The position numbers were made by a program, and so were the translations under genes. This document shows positions 18,543 through 30,000 of a stretch of DNA of 64,000 bases, one piece after another; positions within the stretch are counted from its first letter, which is position 1, and each line of letters starts with the position of its first letter. The stretch covers positions 6,729-70,728 of the IMG/VR virus record IMGVR_UViG_3300037851_000445. One strand, 5' to 3'. The notes under the pieces are model-generated. The model was given only the letters and a program-made list of their open reading frames with translations, had not been told where the DNA came from and did not search any database. The stretch is from a virus.

Positions 18543-19319
18543 ATGAGTGCACGTTTCAGCAAGGCCATCCGCAACTTCATGCTCGAGGCCGGCAGCCTCA
18601 AGCAGGCCCTGAGCAACTGCAAGATTAAGTTCTACACGGGCAGCCAGCCGGCCGACGCGGACGCCGCGCCGACGGGCACTCTTCTGGTGACGTTCACGAA
18701 GAGCGGCGGGGCGCACACCGCCGAGGTTCTGTCGTCCGGGTCGATGACCCTGACCGGCGGCGGCTCGGGTTCGGTGAACACCGTCACGGTGAACAGCATC
18801 GACATCCTCGGCGCTGCGGTGAACTACAACACCTCCCTCGCGCAGACCGCGCTGGATGTGATCACGCAGATCAACAACAACCCGGCAAACCTCCTCTTCG
18901 TCGCGTCGAGCGGCGGCTCCGCCGTCATCACGATCAAGGCGAAACCCGGCCTGGGCGCGCTCCCGAACGGCTGGGTCGTGTCTGCAACCCTTACCACGAT
19001 CACCGCCTCCTACTCCAACATGGCCAGCGGCGTGACTGCGGTGAACGGCCTTACCTGGGGAGACGCAGCGGCAGGCGTCCTCGTCAAGCACCCGACCGAA
19101 GTTTGGCAGGGCACGGCGGTAGCGTCCGGCACGGCGGGCTGGTACCGGGTCGAAGCGGCCGTGGCTGACTCGGGCGGCGCCGACGGTTCGGAGGTCTACC
19201 TCCGCCACGACGGCGCGATTGCGGCGAGCGGCGGCGAGGTGAACAGCACGAACACTTCGATCTCTAGCGGCGGTGTCCAGACGCTGAACAGCTTCACGAT
19301 CACGCTGCCGACCGCCTAA
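18543..19319 (+). CDS. Virion structural protein
   Basis: FSKAIRNFML..GSLKQAL....IKFYTGSQPADADAAPTGTLL and C-terminal A.ASGTAGWYR...DG.I..SG motifs, a common phage virion family. Confidence 0.65.
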   Translation: MSARFSKAIRNFMLEAGSLKQALSNCKIKFYTGSQPADADAAPTGTLLVTFTKSGGAHTAEVLSSGSMTLTGGGSGSVNTVTVNSIDILGAAVNYNTSLAQTALDVITQINNNPANLLFVASSGGSAVITIKAKPGLGALPNGWVVSATLTTITASYSNMASGVTAVNGLTWGDAAAGVLVKHPTEVWQGTAVASGTAGWYRVEAAVADSGGADGSEVYLRHDGAIAASGGEVNSTNTSISSGGVQTLNSFTITLPTA

Positions 19320-19331
19320 TAGGGGCGGCCT

Positions 19332-20462
19332 GTGGCTGATTTCGACGGGGCTGTACAACTACGACAGCTGACCGTCTCCGCCCTCGTGCGGGACGGTCAA
19401 GCTTCGATCCCGCTCTTCACTGCCGCGGCATGGCAGCTGAACGCGGCGGCCGCGCTCGAGCAGATTACAGTCACCGGCGACTTCGCCCTCACCAGCTTCG
19501 AGGGCGCGGTCGAGCTACTTCCGCTTACTGCCGAGGGAACGGCGACCCTCACCACGGCGTTCGACGGCAGTGTCATAATGCCTGCGCTCACCGCGCAGGG
19601 CACGACTCCAGACTACAACCACGTAGTCATGGAGGCGCTCACCGCCTCCGGGGAACACCTCCCCGGCGGTGTGTGGGACGCAGCGGCCACGCTGCTCAGT
19701 TTCCAAGTTTCCGGGGAATCCGACCACCCGCATGCGTGGTTCGGAGCCGTCAGCTTCGAGTACCAGACGGCTCGGGCGCAGATCGACCAGCTGCACGGGC
19801 CGTGGGATGGAGTCGTCACGCTGCGCGCTGCGCGCGCCGCAGGCACCCACACCGTCGGCGGCGTGTGGGCTGGGGCACCTCACGTCTCCGCGCTCAGTAT
19901 CCAGGCGCTCTGGACTCAGCCGCTGAGCGGCGACGGGGCTACCGCGCTGATGCCGCCCACGGTGCAGGTAAGCTGGTGGAACCAGCCGGCTGCGACGTAC
20001 CGGACCTACGTGATGAATGCGAAGCACGGCGCGGTCACGCAATACGATGCGCACAACTTCAACGGCTACGCGACTCAGAACGGAGAGGAATTCGCCTCCG
20101 GCCCGAGCGGAATTTACAAGCTGTCGGGTGACACGGACAACGGCGTCGAGTATAATGGCAGCATGCGGAGCGGGTTCCTGAGCCTCAACGAGGCGCAGCT
20201 TTCGCGGCTCAACGAAGTGCTGCTCGCGATCCGCACGGACGACACGCTCATTCTGCGGGTGTGGACGGACGAAGAAGAGTACTTCGACTACGCGCTCCCC
20301 GCCTACAACACGGACGGGTTCATTCGCCAGATGCGCGTGAAGCTCGGCAAGGGGCTGAGGTCCAGGTACTACAGGATCGAGATCACCGGGCGCAACGGCG
20401 CGCGGTGGGACCTCGACGAAATGAACATCGACTCAACGGCGCTGACGCGCCGTGTGGGGTAA
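19332..20462 (+). CDS. Tail-associated virion protein
   Basis: GTG start; C-terminal YVMN....AVTQYD..NFN.Y and RVKLGKGLRSRYYRIEI motifs. Confidence 0.6.
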   Translation: MADFDGAVQLRQLTVSALVRDGQASIPLFTAAAWQLNAAAALEQITVTGDFALTSFEGAVELLPLTAEGTATLTTAFDGSVIMPALTAQGTTPDYNHVVMEALTASGEHLPGGVWDAAATLLSFQVSGESDHPHAWFGAVSFEYQTARAQIDQLHGPWDGVVTLRAARAAGTHTVGGVWAGAPHVSALSIQALWTQPLSGDGATALMPPTVQVSWWNQPAATYRTYVMNAKHGAVTQYDAHNFNGYATQNGEEFASGPSGIYKLSGDTDNGVEYNGSMRSGFLSLNEAQLSRLNEVLLAIRTDDTLILRVWTDEEEYFDYALPAYNTDGFIRQMRVKLGKGLRSRYYRIEITGRNGARWDLDEMNIDSTALTRRVG

Positions 20463-20465
20463 ACC

Positions 20466-22337
20466 ATGGCCACAACTCCTGTCGTCGGCAGCATCCAGTT
20501 CACGACCCCGACCAGCGGCTCCGTCACGGACATCGTTCAGGCCTTGGGCGAATCGGCGGAGTCGATGATCAACGAGGGGAACCGGTTCGTCCAAGGGATG
20601 GTGGACTCGAAGGCGTACAGCTACGACGTCGGCGATCTCCCGACCCTCGGCTACGGGTTCCTGAACAACACGGACGCGCTGGATGCCGGCGCCGCGGCGA
20701 AGCCGAGCCGCGCCGACCTCGTGGACTTCGCGGCCCTGGAGTACGCCCTCGACCAGCTGGCCACCGTCGCGGTCCCGGTCGCGCCGACTCTGGACGCGGT
20801 GACCGGGCAGGCTCCGACGTTCGACCTCACTGCGCCGACCATCACGCTGCCGGCCACGCCGGACGCCTCGCTTGGCTCTGCCCCGGGAGACGGCCCCGCG
20901 ATCTTGGACCCGCTGATCCCGGACGCGCCGCTCCTCGTGTTCCCGACCGTGCCGACCTTCGAGTCCCTGGCGATCCCCGCAGCGCCGAGCGTCGTGCTGC
21001 CGAGCTTCGACGGGGAGAAGCCGGACTACAACCTCGTGGCTCCGAGCATCGGGCTCGAGTACAACGACGCCGGCTACCAGGCCCAGCTGGCGGACCCCGC
21101 CGTGGCGAAGCTCCTGAACGACCTCGTCAACGGCGGCTACGGCATCGACGACGCGGACGAGGTGAAGCTCTGGAACCGTGCGCGGGACCGCGAGAACCAG
21201 GCGGCACGTCACGAGCAGAGCGAGATCATGCGCGAGCACACCGCCATGAGCCAGAGCATGCCGCAGGGCGCGCTACTGGCCCGGCTGGACCGCGCACGTC
21301 AGACGCTAATCGAGAAGATGTCCAGCGTTTCGCGCGAGATCGCGCTCAAGCGAGCGGACATGTACGTCGAGAACCGGAAGTTCACGCTCCAGGAGGCGCG
21401 GGCCTGGGAGGGCTTCCTCTTCGGCGCATACAACGCGATCGCGCAGCGCGCGTTCGAGGTCGAGCGCGCCCGCGTCGAGCTCTCGATCGGAATCTACGAC
21501 TCCCAGGTGAAGGCGTACAACGCCCAGCTGGAGGGCTACAAGGCCGAGGCCCAGGTCTTCGAGACGAAGATGCGCGCCGCGCTCAATGCCGTCGAGCTCT
21601 ACAAGTCGCAGATCATGGCGTCGAACCAGATCCTGGAGATGAACAAGGCTCAGGTGGACCTGTACCAGGCGCAGCTGGCCGGCATACAGAGTGTGGTCAG
21701 CGTCTACAAGACGCGCATGGAAGCCGCGAACCTGTACTCGGAGATCCAGCGGACGAAGCTGGAGGTGTTCCGCTCTCAGGTCGAGAGCTACAGCGCCCGC
21801 GTGCGCGCGAAGCAGGCGGAGTTCGGGATGTACGAGAGTGCTGTGAAAGGGCAGTTGGCGAGCCTCGACGTGTACAAGAGTCAGATCGACGCGTTCAACG
21901 CTCGGCTGCAGAGCGTGAACCAGGCCAGCGACATCACGATCAAGGCGAACGACGTGAAGGTCGAGCAGTACAAGACGAAGATCCTGCAGTACCAGAGCCA
22001 GCTCGAGGCCCTGCTCAAGGACGTTGCGGGCCGACAGGAGCAGATCAAGGCGGGCACGGACACGTACCGCGCCGACGTCCAAGCGTACAGTGCATTCGTC
22101 GGTGCCCTCGCGGAGAGCGCCCGCACGAAGGTGAGCCAACAGAGCGAGAACAACAAGTGGAACATCGCCGCGCTCAGCAGCAACGTCGAGAAGGTGCGCT
22201 TCCGCCTGGAGAAGTTCAAGGACGAGATCAAACACGTCGACAGCATCAATCAGTGGGGCGCGGAGTTCTTCCGCGGAGCCATCTCGTCGGCGATCAACGG
22301 CATCAGCGGCCTGTCCGTGCAAACGACTACCGCGTAA
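20466..22337 (+). CDS. Virion protein with Pro-rich linker and long coiled-coil (internal/tail)
   Basis: 623 aa; P-rich 20.8-21.0 kb, then heptad-like Y/K/Q/A repeats. Confidence 0.6.
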   Translation: MATTPVVGSIQFTTPTSGSVTDIVQALGESAESMINEGNRFVQGMVDSKAYSYDVGDLPTLGYGFLNNTDALDAGAAAKPSRADLVDFAALEYALDQLATVAVPVAPTLDAVTGQAPTFDLTAPTITLPATPDASLGSAPGDGPAILDPLIPDAPLLVFPTVPTFESLAIPAAPSVVLPSFDGEKPDYNLVAPSIGLEYNDAGYQAQLADPAVAKLLNDLVNGGYGIDDADEVKLWNRARDRENQAARHEQSEIMREHTAMSQSMPQGALLARLDRARQTLIEKMSSVSREIALKRADMYVENRKFTLQEARAWEGFLFGAYNAIAQRAFEVERARVELSIGIYDSQVKAYNAQLEGYKAEAQVFETKMRAALNAVELYKSQIMASNQILEMNKAQVDLYQAQLAGIQSVVSVYKTRMEAANLYSEIQRTKLEVFRSQVESYSARVRAKQAEFGMYESAVKGQLASLDVYKSQIDAFNARLQSVNQASDITIKANDVKVEQYKTKILQYQSQLEALLKDVAGRQEQIKAGTDTYRADVQAYSAFVGALAESARTKVSQQSENNKWNIAALSSNVEKVRFRLEKFKDEIKHVDSINQWGAEFFRGAISSAINGISGLSVQTTTA

Positions 22338-22346
22338 GGAGGCACC

Positions 22347-23993
22347 ATGCCTAGCATGAAGGAAGTCCACGAGTCCCTGCTCCGCGCCAAGAACTGGGCG
22401 CTGAACCAGGCCAGCTCCCTCCGCGGTACCCAGCCAATCCCCGAAGCACCGCCGGTGAACGCGGCCGCCGGGGAGATTCCGCCGTACGCGCGCGGCGCCG
22501 AGAAGGTCGCCGGGAAGCCGAACTACGTCGGGCCGAAGGGCGTCACGGGCGCCCCGGCGCACTACCCGCGCGGGCGCGGCCCGGCTGCGGCCGAGGCGTT
22601 CCTGAAAGAGAAGGCCGCCGCGAAGGCCGCCGCGGACACCATCAAGGTCGCGCCGGGCGGCGGCGCCACGCCCACGCTACGGGCCGCGGCGAACGCGGCC
22701 CCGACGGCGCTACGGGCCGCAGGCAAGTTCGGGGGCCCCGTTGTCGGTGCCGCGTTCGCCGCGAAAGATGCGATGAAGGGGGACTACACCGGCGCTGTGG
22801 ACGCGGCCACGCTGGGCACCTCCGCCTACGTCGCTCCGGTGCTCGGCCCGCTCGTAACGTACGGATTGCAGAAGGCGCGGGACGCGGCGCTCGAGCCGGT
22901 CCTCCGGGCGACGGGAGTGATGCCCGCCGATTACAACCCGAACGTCATCACCCCGGCCATGCAGAAAGCCCTGCAAGAACAGGACACGCCGCGCGCCGTG
23001 AGGTCCGAGGGGACAGCGCCGACGATGCTGGACAGGAACACGCGGATCGCGGACCGGGCGGTACAGCCCGGCGCGTCCACCACGGCGGTGACGCTCGGCT
23101 CGAACGGGCCCTACGGCACCGCACCTGCGAACGTGCCCACCGTGGCGGCGGCGTCGGGCCGGGCGATCGACCCGAGCTTCAAGGTGGGCGAGGGGGAGGG
23201 AGCGTTCGTGAACAGCCGCGGGCAAGGCACGGTCATCAAGACCGCGCCCCGGGCTCAGACCGGGGTGAACCTGAACGCCTACGCCCCGCACCAGGGCGGC
23301 ACGGGGGCCGCGGCGCCGAGTTCCCGCCTGCGCGCCGGGGACCGCGGCGTGTTCGGCTTCATGGTAGACACCCTGGCGGCGCGCGGCGCGCTCGAGAACA
23401 TTCGGCGGGAGGACGCTATCGGCCTCCGGAACCGCACGCAGGACATCGCGCTCGAGAAGGCCCGGCTGGAGGCCGCCGGGAAGGCGTTGGATCGCCAGAT
23501 CGCGATGGGCCAGTGGGGCGCAGAGCAGCGCGCGAAGCGCGCTGAGCGCGCCCAGACCGGGCTCGACTCCTTCGCCGACAGCGTGGCGGACGTCGACAAG
23601 AACGGGAAACCGCTGCAGAAGAACCGGGACGAGTTTCGCGGCATGGTGGCGCTGTCCCTGAGCCGCCAGGGCAAGGACCTCGCCGATGCTACGCCGGCGG
23701 ACATTCAGACCCTGCAGAACGGGTATGCCGTGAAGCGGATCATCGACAGCAACCGGTCCTACTTCGGAGACCAGCGGACCTCGCGCGATCTGAACGACTA
23801 CGCCCCGGTTGCCTCGCGGACCTCCCTGACCGGGAAGGAGTACCTCTTCCCCTCCGGCCAGTGGGTGTCGGCGGACGTGTTGTACGGGGACAAGATGCGG
23901 CTCTTCAGGCCGAACGACCCCCGGCGCGCGGACATCGTCCGCTACCTGGAAGAATCCGTGGCTCAGGCCCAGGCGAAGCAAGCAACCAAGTAA
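22347..23993 (+). CDS. Internal virion (ejection) protein, putative
   Basis: AAGGAGG SD; 548 aa, Ala/Gly-rich helical, directly before the giant protein. Confidence 0.55.
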   Translation: MPSMKEVHESLLRAKNWALNQASSLRGTQPIPEAPPVNAAAGEIPPYARGAEKVAGKPNYVGPKGVTGAPAHYPRGRGPAAAEAFLKEKAAAKAAADTIKVAPGGGATPTLRAAANAAPTALRAAGKFGGPVVGAAFAAKDAMKGDYTGAVDAATLGTSAYVAPVLGPLVTYGLQKARDAALEPVLRATGVMPADYNPNVITPAMQKALQEQDTPRAVRSEGTAPTMLDRNTRIADRAVQPGASTTAVTLGSNGPYGTAPANVPTVAAASGRAIDPSFKVGEGEGAFVNSRGQGTVIKTAPRAQTGVNLNAYAPHQGGTGAAAPSSRLRAGDRGVFGFMVDTLAARGALENIRREDAIGLRNRTQDIALEKARLEAAGKALDRQIAMGQWGAEQRAKRAERAQTGLDSFADSVADVDKNGKPLQKNRDEFRGMVALSLSRQGKDLADATPADIQTLQNGYAVKRIIDSNRSYFGDQRTSRDLNDYAPVASRTSLTGKEYLFPSGQWVSADVLYGDKMRLFRPNDPRRADIVRYLEESVAQAQAKQATK

Positions 23994-24002
23994 GGAGCGC
24001 GC

Positions 24003-27000
24003 ATGCCGCGTCTTGACGATGCCCCCATCGTTATTGGGGGTGCACTGGCGGATGCCTACGCCGCCCCGACCGAGCTAGAGGTCGCGCAGGAACAAGCCCT
24101 CCAAGATAAAGCCACCTCCGGGCCGCTCATGCACGGGCTCCGCTCTGGGTGGCTCGGCGTGCGGGGCGGCCTCACCTCTCTCGCGGGCACCGCCGCCGAG
24201 AACATGGGGCTGACGGACTTCGCCAACGCGCGCTTCCGCGAGGCGGACCTCTTCGCTCAGCAGGCGGAGGCCGCGGCGCCAGAGGTGCGGGACTACCGCG
24301 CCGTCAAGGATCTCCGTTCCGCGGCGGTCTACGCCCTGGGGCAGCTCGGGAACGCGGCCGCGACGATGGGGCCGACGGTCCTCACCGCGCTCGGGACGCG
24401 CGGGAGGATGGTGCCTACGTTCGGGGTAGCCGGAGGGATGATGGCCGGCGAGCAGGACGTGAACATCCGCCGGGAGAGCCCGCAAGTGGGCGCCGCGGAC
24501 CGCCTGGGCTCGGACGTAGCACAGGGTGTCGTTGGCGGCGCGCTGGAAGCCGCCGTGCCCCTCGCGCTCGCCCGCCGGGCGTCAGCCGGGCTCGGCGCTG
24601 GGCGGATCGGGACCTCGATGGCGCAGGAGGCCGCCACGGAGGCGGCACAGACCGTCTCGGGGCAACAGCTGCACGGGGCGGTAGACCCGGCACGGGATAC
24701 CTCGGACGACCGGGCTGAGATCATCAACGCCGCGATCGGCGGCGCGATCGGTGGCGGAGGTGCGCATCTGGTCAGCAGTCTGCCGGCTGCGGCGCAAGAC
24801 GTCGCTCCGCGAGTCCGCGACACCTTCGACGGCACACTCGAAGGCGCGAAGAAGCTCCTGGACAGGACACCTAGCATCGAAGACCTCAAAGGGATCACCC
24901 TGCCGGACGAGGTCAAGGACATCGACGCGGCCGTCAAGTTCGTCTCAGAGACGGAGAAGACCGCCCGCGAGGCCGCGGCGAAGGCCGCGAACTGGGTGGC
25001 GGAGCAGCCGCGGGCGCCGGAAGGCCTCAAGAAGGCCATGAGCGCGGTAGCCGATAGGCTCCAGGACCCGCTCCTGGACCCGGACACGCTGACCGAGCTT
25101 ACCGAGAAGACGAAGGCAGCCGTTGACAAGATCAAGGTCGATGAGAAGGTCCGGAGAGTCTCGAAGCGAGTGCGGCAGTACATCGAGGACGCCAAGACCA
25201 GCGTCGACGAGATCATGGCCGGGCGAGAGGCTGGTCGGCAAGCCGAGCGGTCCGCCGGGGACTACAACTTCGAGGAGCTCTCGAAGGCCCCGCCGAAGAA
25301 AAGCAAGTTCGACATGCGCCCGCTCTGGTCGCCCTCCCCGCTCGGTAGCGTCGGCCCTGCCCCGTCGAAAGGGGTTGTCGGCGCGCCCAGCGACATCCGC
25401 ATGGGTCCGAAGCCGCCGTCATACAAGACGGCCGCCGCAAGGATCATCGGACCGCGCCTGGACTACACGCCGACGAACGCGCCGCGCACGATTCCGGAAG
25501 ACGAGTACACGCCGGCAACGCAAGAGCAGCTGCAGGCACTTGCGCGGAAGTACTCCAAGGACCCGAGCCCGGCTCCGCTCGAAGCCCCAGGCCGCGAGCC
25601 GGACCTCGAGGTCCTGGACATCATGACGTCGCACCTGGACCCGCAGTTCGTAGCCCAGGCCGACGCGGAGGCTCTGCTCGACCTTGCCGAAACCCACCAG
25701 GAGTACGTCAAGCACATCGTCCAGAAGACGGTCGAGCGGCGCGCCCAGGCGATCAAGACCGGCTCGATCCAGAACGACCCGGACGTTGCTCCGCTGCCGT
25801 TCCGCCCGGACGCCGAGCTGGTCGAGCTCTACGGCTCGCCGAAGAAAGCGAAAGCCGCGCTGACGGCTGTTGCGAAGCACATGTTCAAGCGCGGGGACTG
25901 GGCGGACGTCGGCGCGATCCCGGAGGATCTGGATGAGGTACCGCGGTTCGACCGGAGCCTACGGCAGCAGGCAACATACGGCAGGGCCGTTGAACTGGCT
26001 GTGGCGAGGCATCTGTACCCGCAGTTCCTCAAGACCCGCGACGTCCGCGCGCACGTCGCCAATCAGGTCGGCGAGCGAGTGACGGACTGGCTGCGCGATC
26101 CGCAAGCTGGAGCGGCGCAGGAGCTCGTTACGGACATCAAGAGGTTCGTGAAGGACCCCGAGGGCCTGCTGGACGAGCTCTTCGCTCTCACCGAGCAGCG
26201 CCGGTCGTTTGTCAGCGGTGCGCAGCTGCTCGACGACAACACCGGAGACCTCGTGGACCTCGAGTCCGGCGCCCCGCGCGACGAAACGCGCGGCGCGGAC
26301 CTGGCCCCGACGGAGCAGATCGGCCGGGTTGGCGACGTCGCCGGCGGGCCGAGCGGGGACCGCACCGGGTTCGGTATGCCGCAGCGCCGGGAGCCGACCG
26401 ACGTCGAGCTCCGTCTCTTCAAACAGATCAAGTCTGGCATCGCAAACTGGTTCCAAGACGTTCCGACCGAGGGCGCCAAGGAAGGGATCATCAAGACCAT
26501 GCCCCTCGGTTTGTACCGAGACATCCAAGAACTGCTGGAACAGGATGGGCTCGATGAGCTGAACCCCGATCACGTTCAGTTCATCGAAGAAACTCCGGCG
26601 AAACTGGAGACGCTGTACAACATCGAGCTCAGCAGCGCCGACAAGATCAAGCAGGCTCGCGAGCGCGCGGACGGGATCCTCGACGTGCTGCAAGGGCGCG
26701 GCACGGAGTGGTATGCGCTGTCGATCACGAAGCGGTACAACAGCGGCCAGTTTACCGTCAATCTGAACGTAGGCACGAAGCGCGTGGACACACAGCGGCT
26801 GTTCAACGCGATGAACCGGCGCTACAAAGGCGAGTACGACGCGAACGAGCGTACCGGCCAGACAGCGCGGAAGTACGTGTCGGACATGTTTGCCCGCGGA
26901 ATCTCCCACCTCGTCGCCGACGAGCGAGTCCGCCAAAACGCCCCGCTGCACGCGAACGCCTTCAACTTCGACGACGACGAAGTCCTGGTGACCCACAACG

Positions 27001-30000
27001 GCGTGAAGTACACGTGGGGAGACATCAAGCATGGCCAGCTCGAGCAAGGCGAGTCGGAGGTGATACGGCGTCTGCGCTCCGTCGACGACCCCACGCTGCA
27101 TGTCTCGCGCGCGCAGGGGGCGGAGGAGATCACCAAAGAGGCGACCGACGAGTGGGGCAACAAGCGTATCGAAAGCCGCGCGCTCGACGCGGCGCGCGTC
27201 GTGAAGAACAAAGACGGCACTGTGCGCGGGGTCATCGTTCCGGAAGACAACACGGACGCCGGCTACATCGCGGACGAAGCCACGCTCGCCGGTCTGGAAA
27301 CGGAGCACGAGCAATTCGAGGCGAGTGAAGCCCGCAAGGAAGCAATGCGCGGGATCCTAGCGAAGTACGCCAAAGAACGCTCGGGCATCAGTGCGGAGCT
27401 GAAAGCCGGCAAGCTCACGAAGGAAGAAGCGCGGGACCAGTTCGCCGAGATCTCGGCAGCTGAGAACCGAGAGCTCGAGGCCCTTCCGCGCGAAGAGGCC
27501 ATGGCAACCCTGCGCACTACGCGGATAGCAGACACACTGCCGACGGGTACCGAGCAGCGCAAGGCCATGAAGGCCGAGCGCGCAGCGCCCAGGATCCGCG
27601 TTACGGATGAAGAAAAAGCGGGACAAGAAGAGCGAGAGGCTGAGCGGCGGCGCATCAACCGAGTGACCGAAGAGGCTCGGCTAGAAAGGGCCGCGGAGCG
27701 CAGCAGCCCCACAGCTGTGCGGACCCACGCCGGCGCGGACACGGCTAATACCGACACCGTCTCCGCCCTCGCTAGGGACGCGGTGACTGCTCGCCAAGCC
27801 CCCAAGAAGAACAAGCCGCAGGAGACCTTCTCGGATGACGTTGCGGAAGCCCGCGCTATCGGGACCTCGGCGCAGGCCGCGACCGCCGCGAACTGGTTGC
27901 TGAACAAAGGGAACCTGAACGACGAGCAGAAGAAGACGCTGCGGAACCTGATGGCGAAGAAGAACTGGATGGGCGTGCTAGATTACGCCTCTCAGTTCGT
28001 GGAGCCGAAGCAGACGAAGATGCGGATCGACGGGACGGACGAGCTCCATCCCGAAGCGCAGGCGGCGATCCGCGCGGAGATCGAACGGATACTCGGCAAG
28101 AAGGACACCGAGGTGCTCTTCAAGAAGCTCGAGGAGATGGACGGCGCACAAGGGCGCTTCATCGACCTCGACCCGATCGAGCGCATCCAGATCTCCCTCA
28201 TGACCGGCGCTCCGATGGCTACGGCGTACCACGAGGTGGCCCACGCGTTCTTCGCGCGGCTCGCCAAGTCCAACTCCCCGCTGGCCAAGCGCGTGATGAA
28301 CGACCTGCTCGAGTTCTCCGCGACTCCGCGCACTCGCGCGCAGCTGGAGAAGCTCATCCGCGAGCACGCGACTAAGGACAGCGTCGACGACGCGTTGAAG
28401 CAACTGGATGACCCGGAAGAGCGCGTCGCGTTCGCGTTCCAACTGTGGCGGCAGGGCAAGCTGGAAGTAGGACCGCGCACCGACGGCTGGTTCAACCGCA
28501 TCCTGAACTGGATCGCCAAGGTGGTCAACATCGTGCCGAAGGATCAGCGCATTGCTGACTACTTCGACGCTCTGTATCGCGGTCGCTTCGCCAACAAAGA
28601 CGCGCTCACCGAGGTCCTAGCGGACGTCCGCCGGGACGACGCGTTCGATCAGGCCGACGCGAGCATGCCCCATGTGATGAACTGGGTGAACAAGGCGTTC
28701 AGCACCGCAGACGGCTGGATTCGGGACCAGAAGATCCCGGCCCTGACCGAGCTCGCCGACAAGATGTCCCTCGGCATGGGCGAGCAGAACAAACGCCCGG
28801 GCTTCATGCAGGCGAAGCACGTCGAGCTGAACAAGCGGATGAACCGGCTGATGGCTACCGTGCGCGGGAAGAGCAAAGAGCAGATGCGCATGGCGCTCGA
28901 CGCGCTCCAGAAGCAGAGCGGCGTGCCGCCGCAGGACGAGGGGGCGAAGGCAATCTACAACAGCGTGCGGGAGATCCTCGACGAGACGCACCAGTACATC
29001 ACGAAGGCCGGCGTGCGGCAGTACGTCGGGCGGAATGACGAGGGCGAGCCGCAGTTCGCGCCGATCAAGTACCTCCAGAACTACTTCCCGCAGATGTGGG
29101 ACCCCGAAGCCATCCGCGCCGACAAGGCCGGGTTCGAGAAGCTGCTCGCCGACTCCGGCATGAAGCCGGAGATGATCAAGATGGTGTACGACTTCCTCAC
29201 GCAAATGCACGGGAACAACGTGACTCTCGGGAAGAACGACCTCACCGGCGCGCTGCAGTTCCGCTTCGACGCGGCGAACGCGCGGATCCTGGACGACCTC
29301 AACAGGGACCTTGCGCAGAAGTACATGCAGAAGGACCTCATCTTCGCGATGAGCACGTACCTGAATCAGGCGGTGAAGCGCGCGGAGTGGTCCCGCCGCT
29401 TCGAGAACGGGCAGGGAGAGAGCACGATCCCTGACACCATACTGAAGGCGAAGGAACAGGGGATGTCCGACGCAACGGCGAAGGACGTGACCCGGTACCT
29501 GCAGGCCATGGAGGGCACCCTGGGGCACGACATCCCGCAGGAGCTCCGCAATCTGTTCGGCGGCCTCACGGTGTACCAGAACATCCGGCTGCTGCCATTC
29601 ACCCTCATGAGCTCCCTCGTGGACCCCATGGGGATCGTCGTGCGCGGCGGCTCCTTGGCCGACGCGTTCCAGGCGTACGTCAAGGGCGTGAAGGGCCTGG
29701 TCGGCAAGGGCGCCGATGAGGACTTCGAGCTGGCCTCTACGCTCGGAGCGATCGAAGAGGGCTCCGCGATGTCCATGTACGGGGACCTCTACGGCTCCCA
29801 GTACATGACGCCGTGGCAGCGCCGTGTGAACAGCGCGTTCTTCCGCTGGAACGGGATGGAGGCGTGGAACCGTGGCATGCGGATCGCAGCGACGCGAGCC
29901 GCCGTGCGCTTCCTGGACCGCCACGCTAAGGGCGCGAACCAGCACTCGGCACGCTACCTCGCCGAGCTGAACGTGACAGCGGAGGACATCGCCGCGCGGA

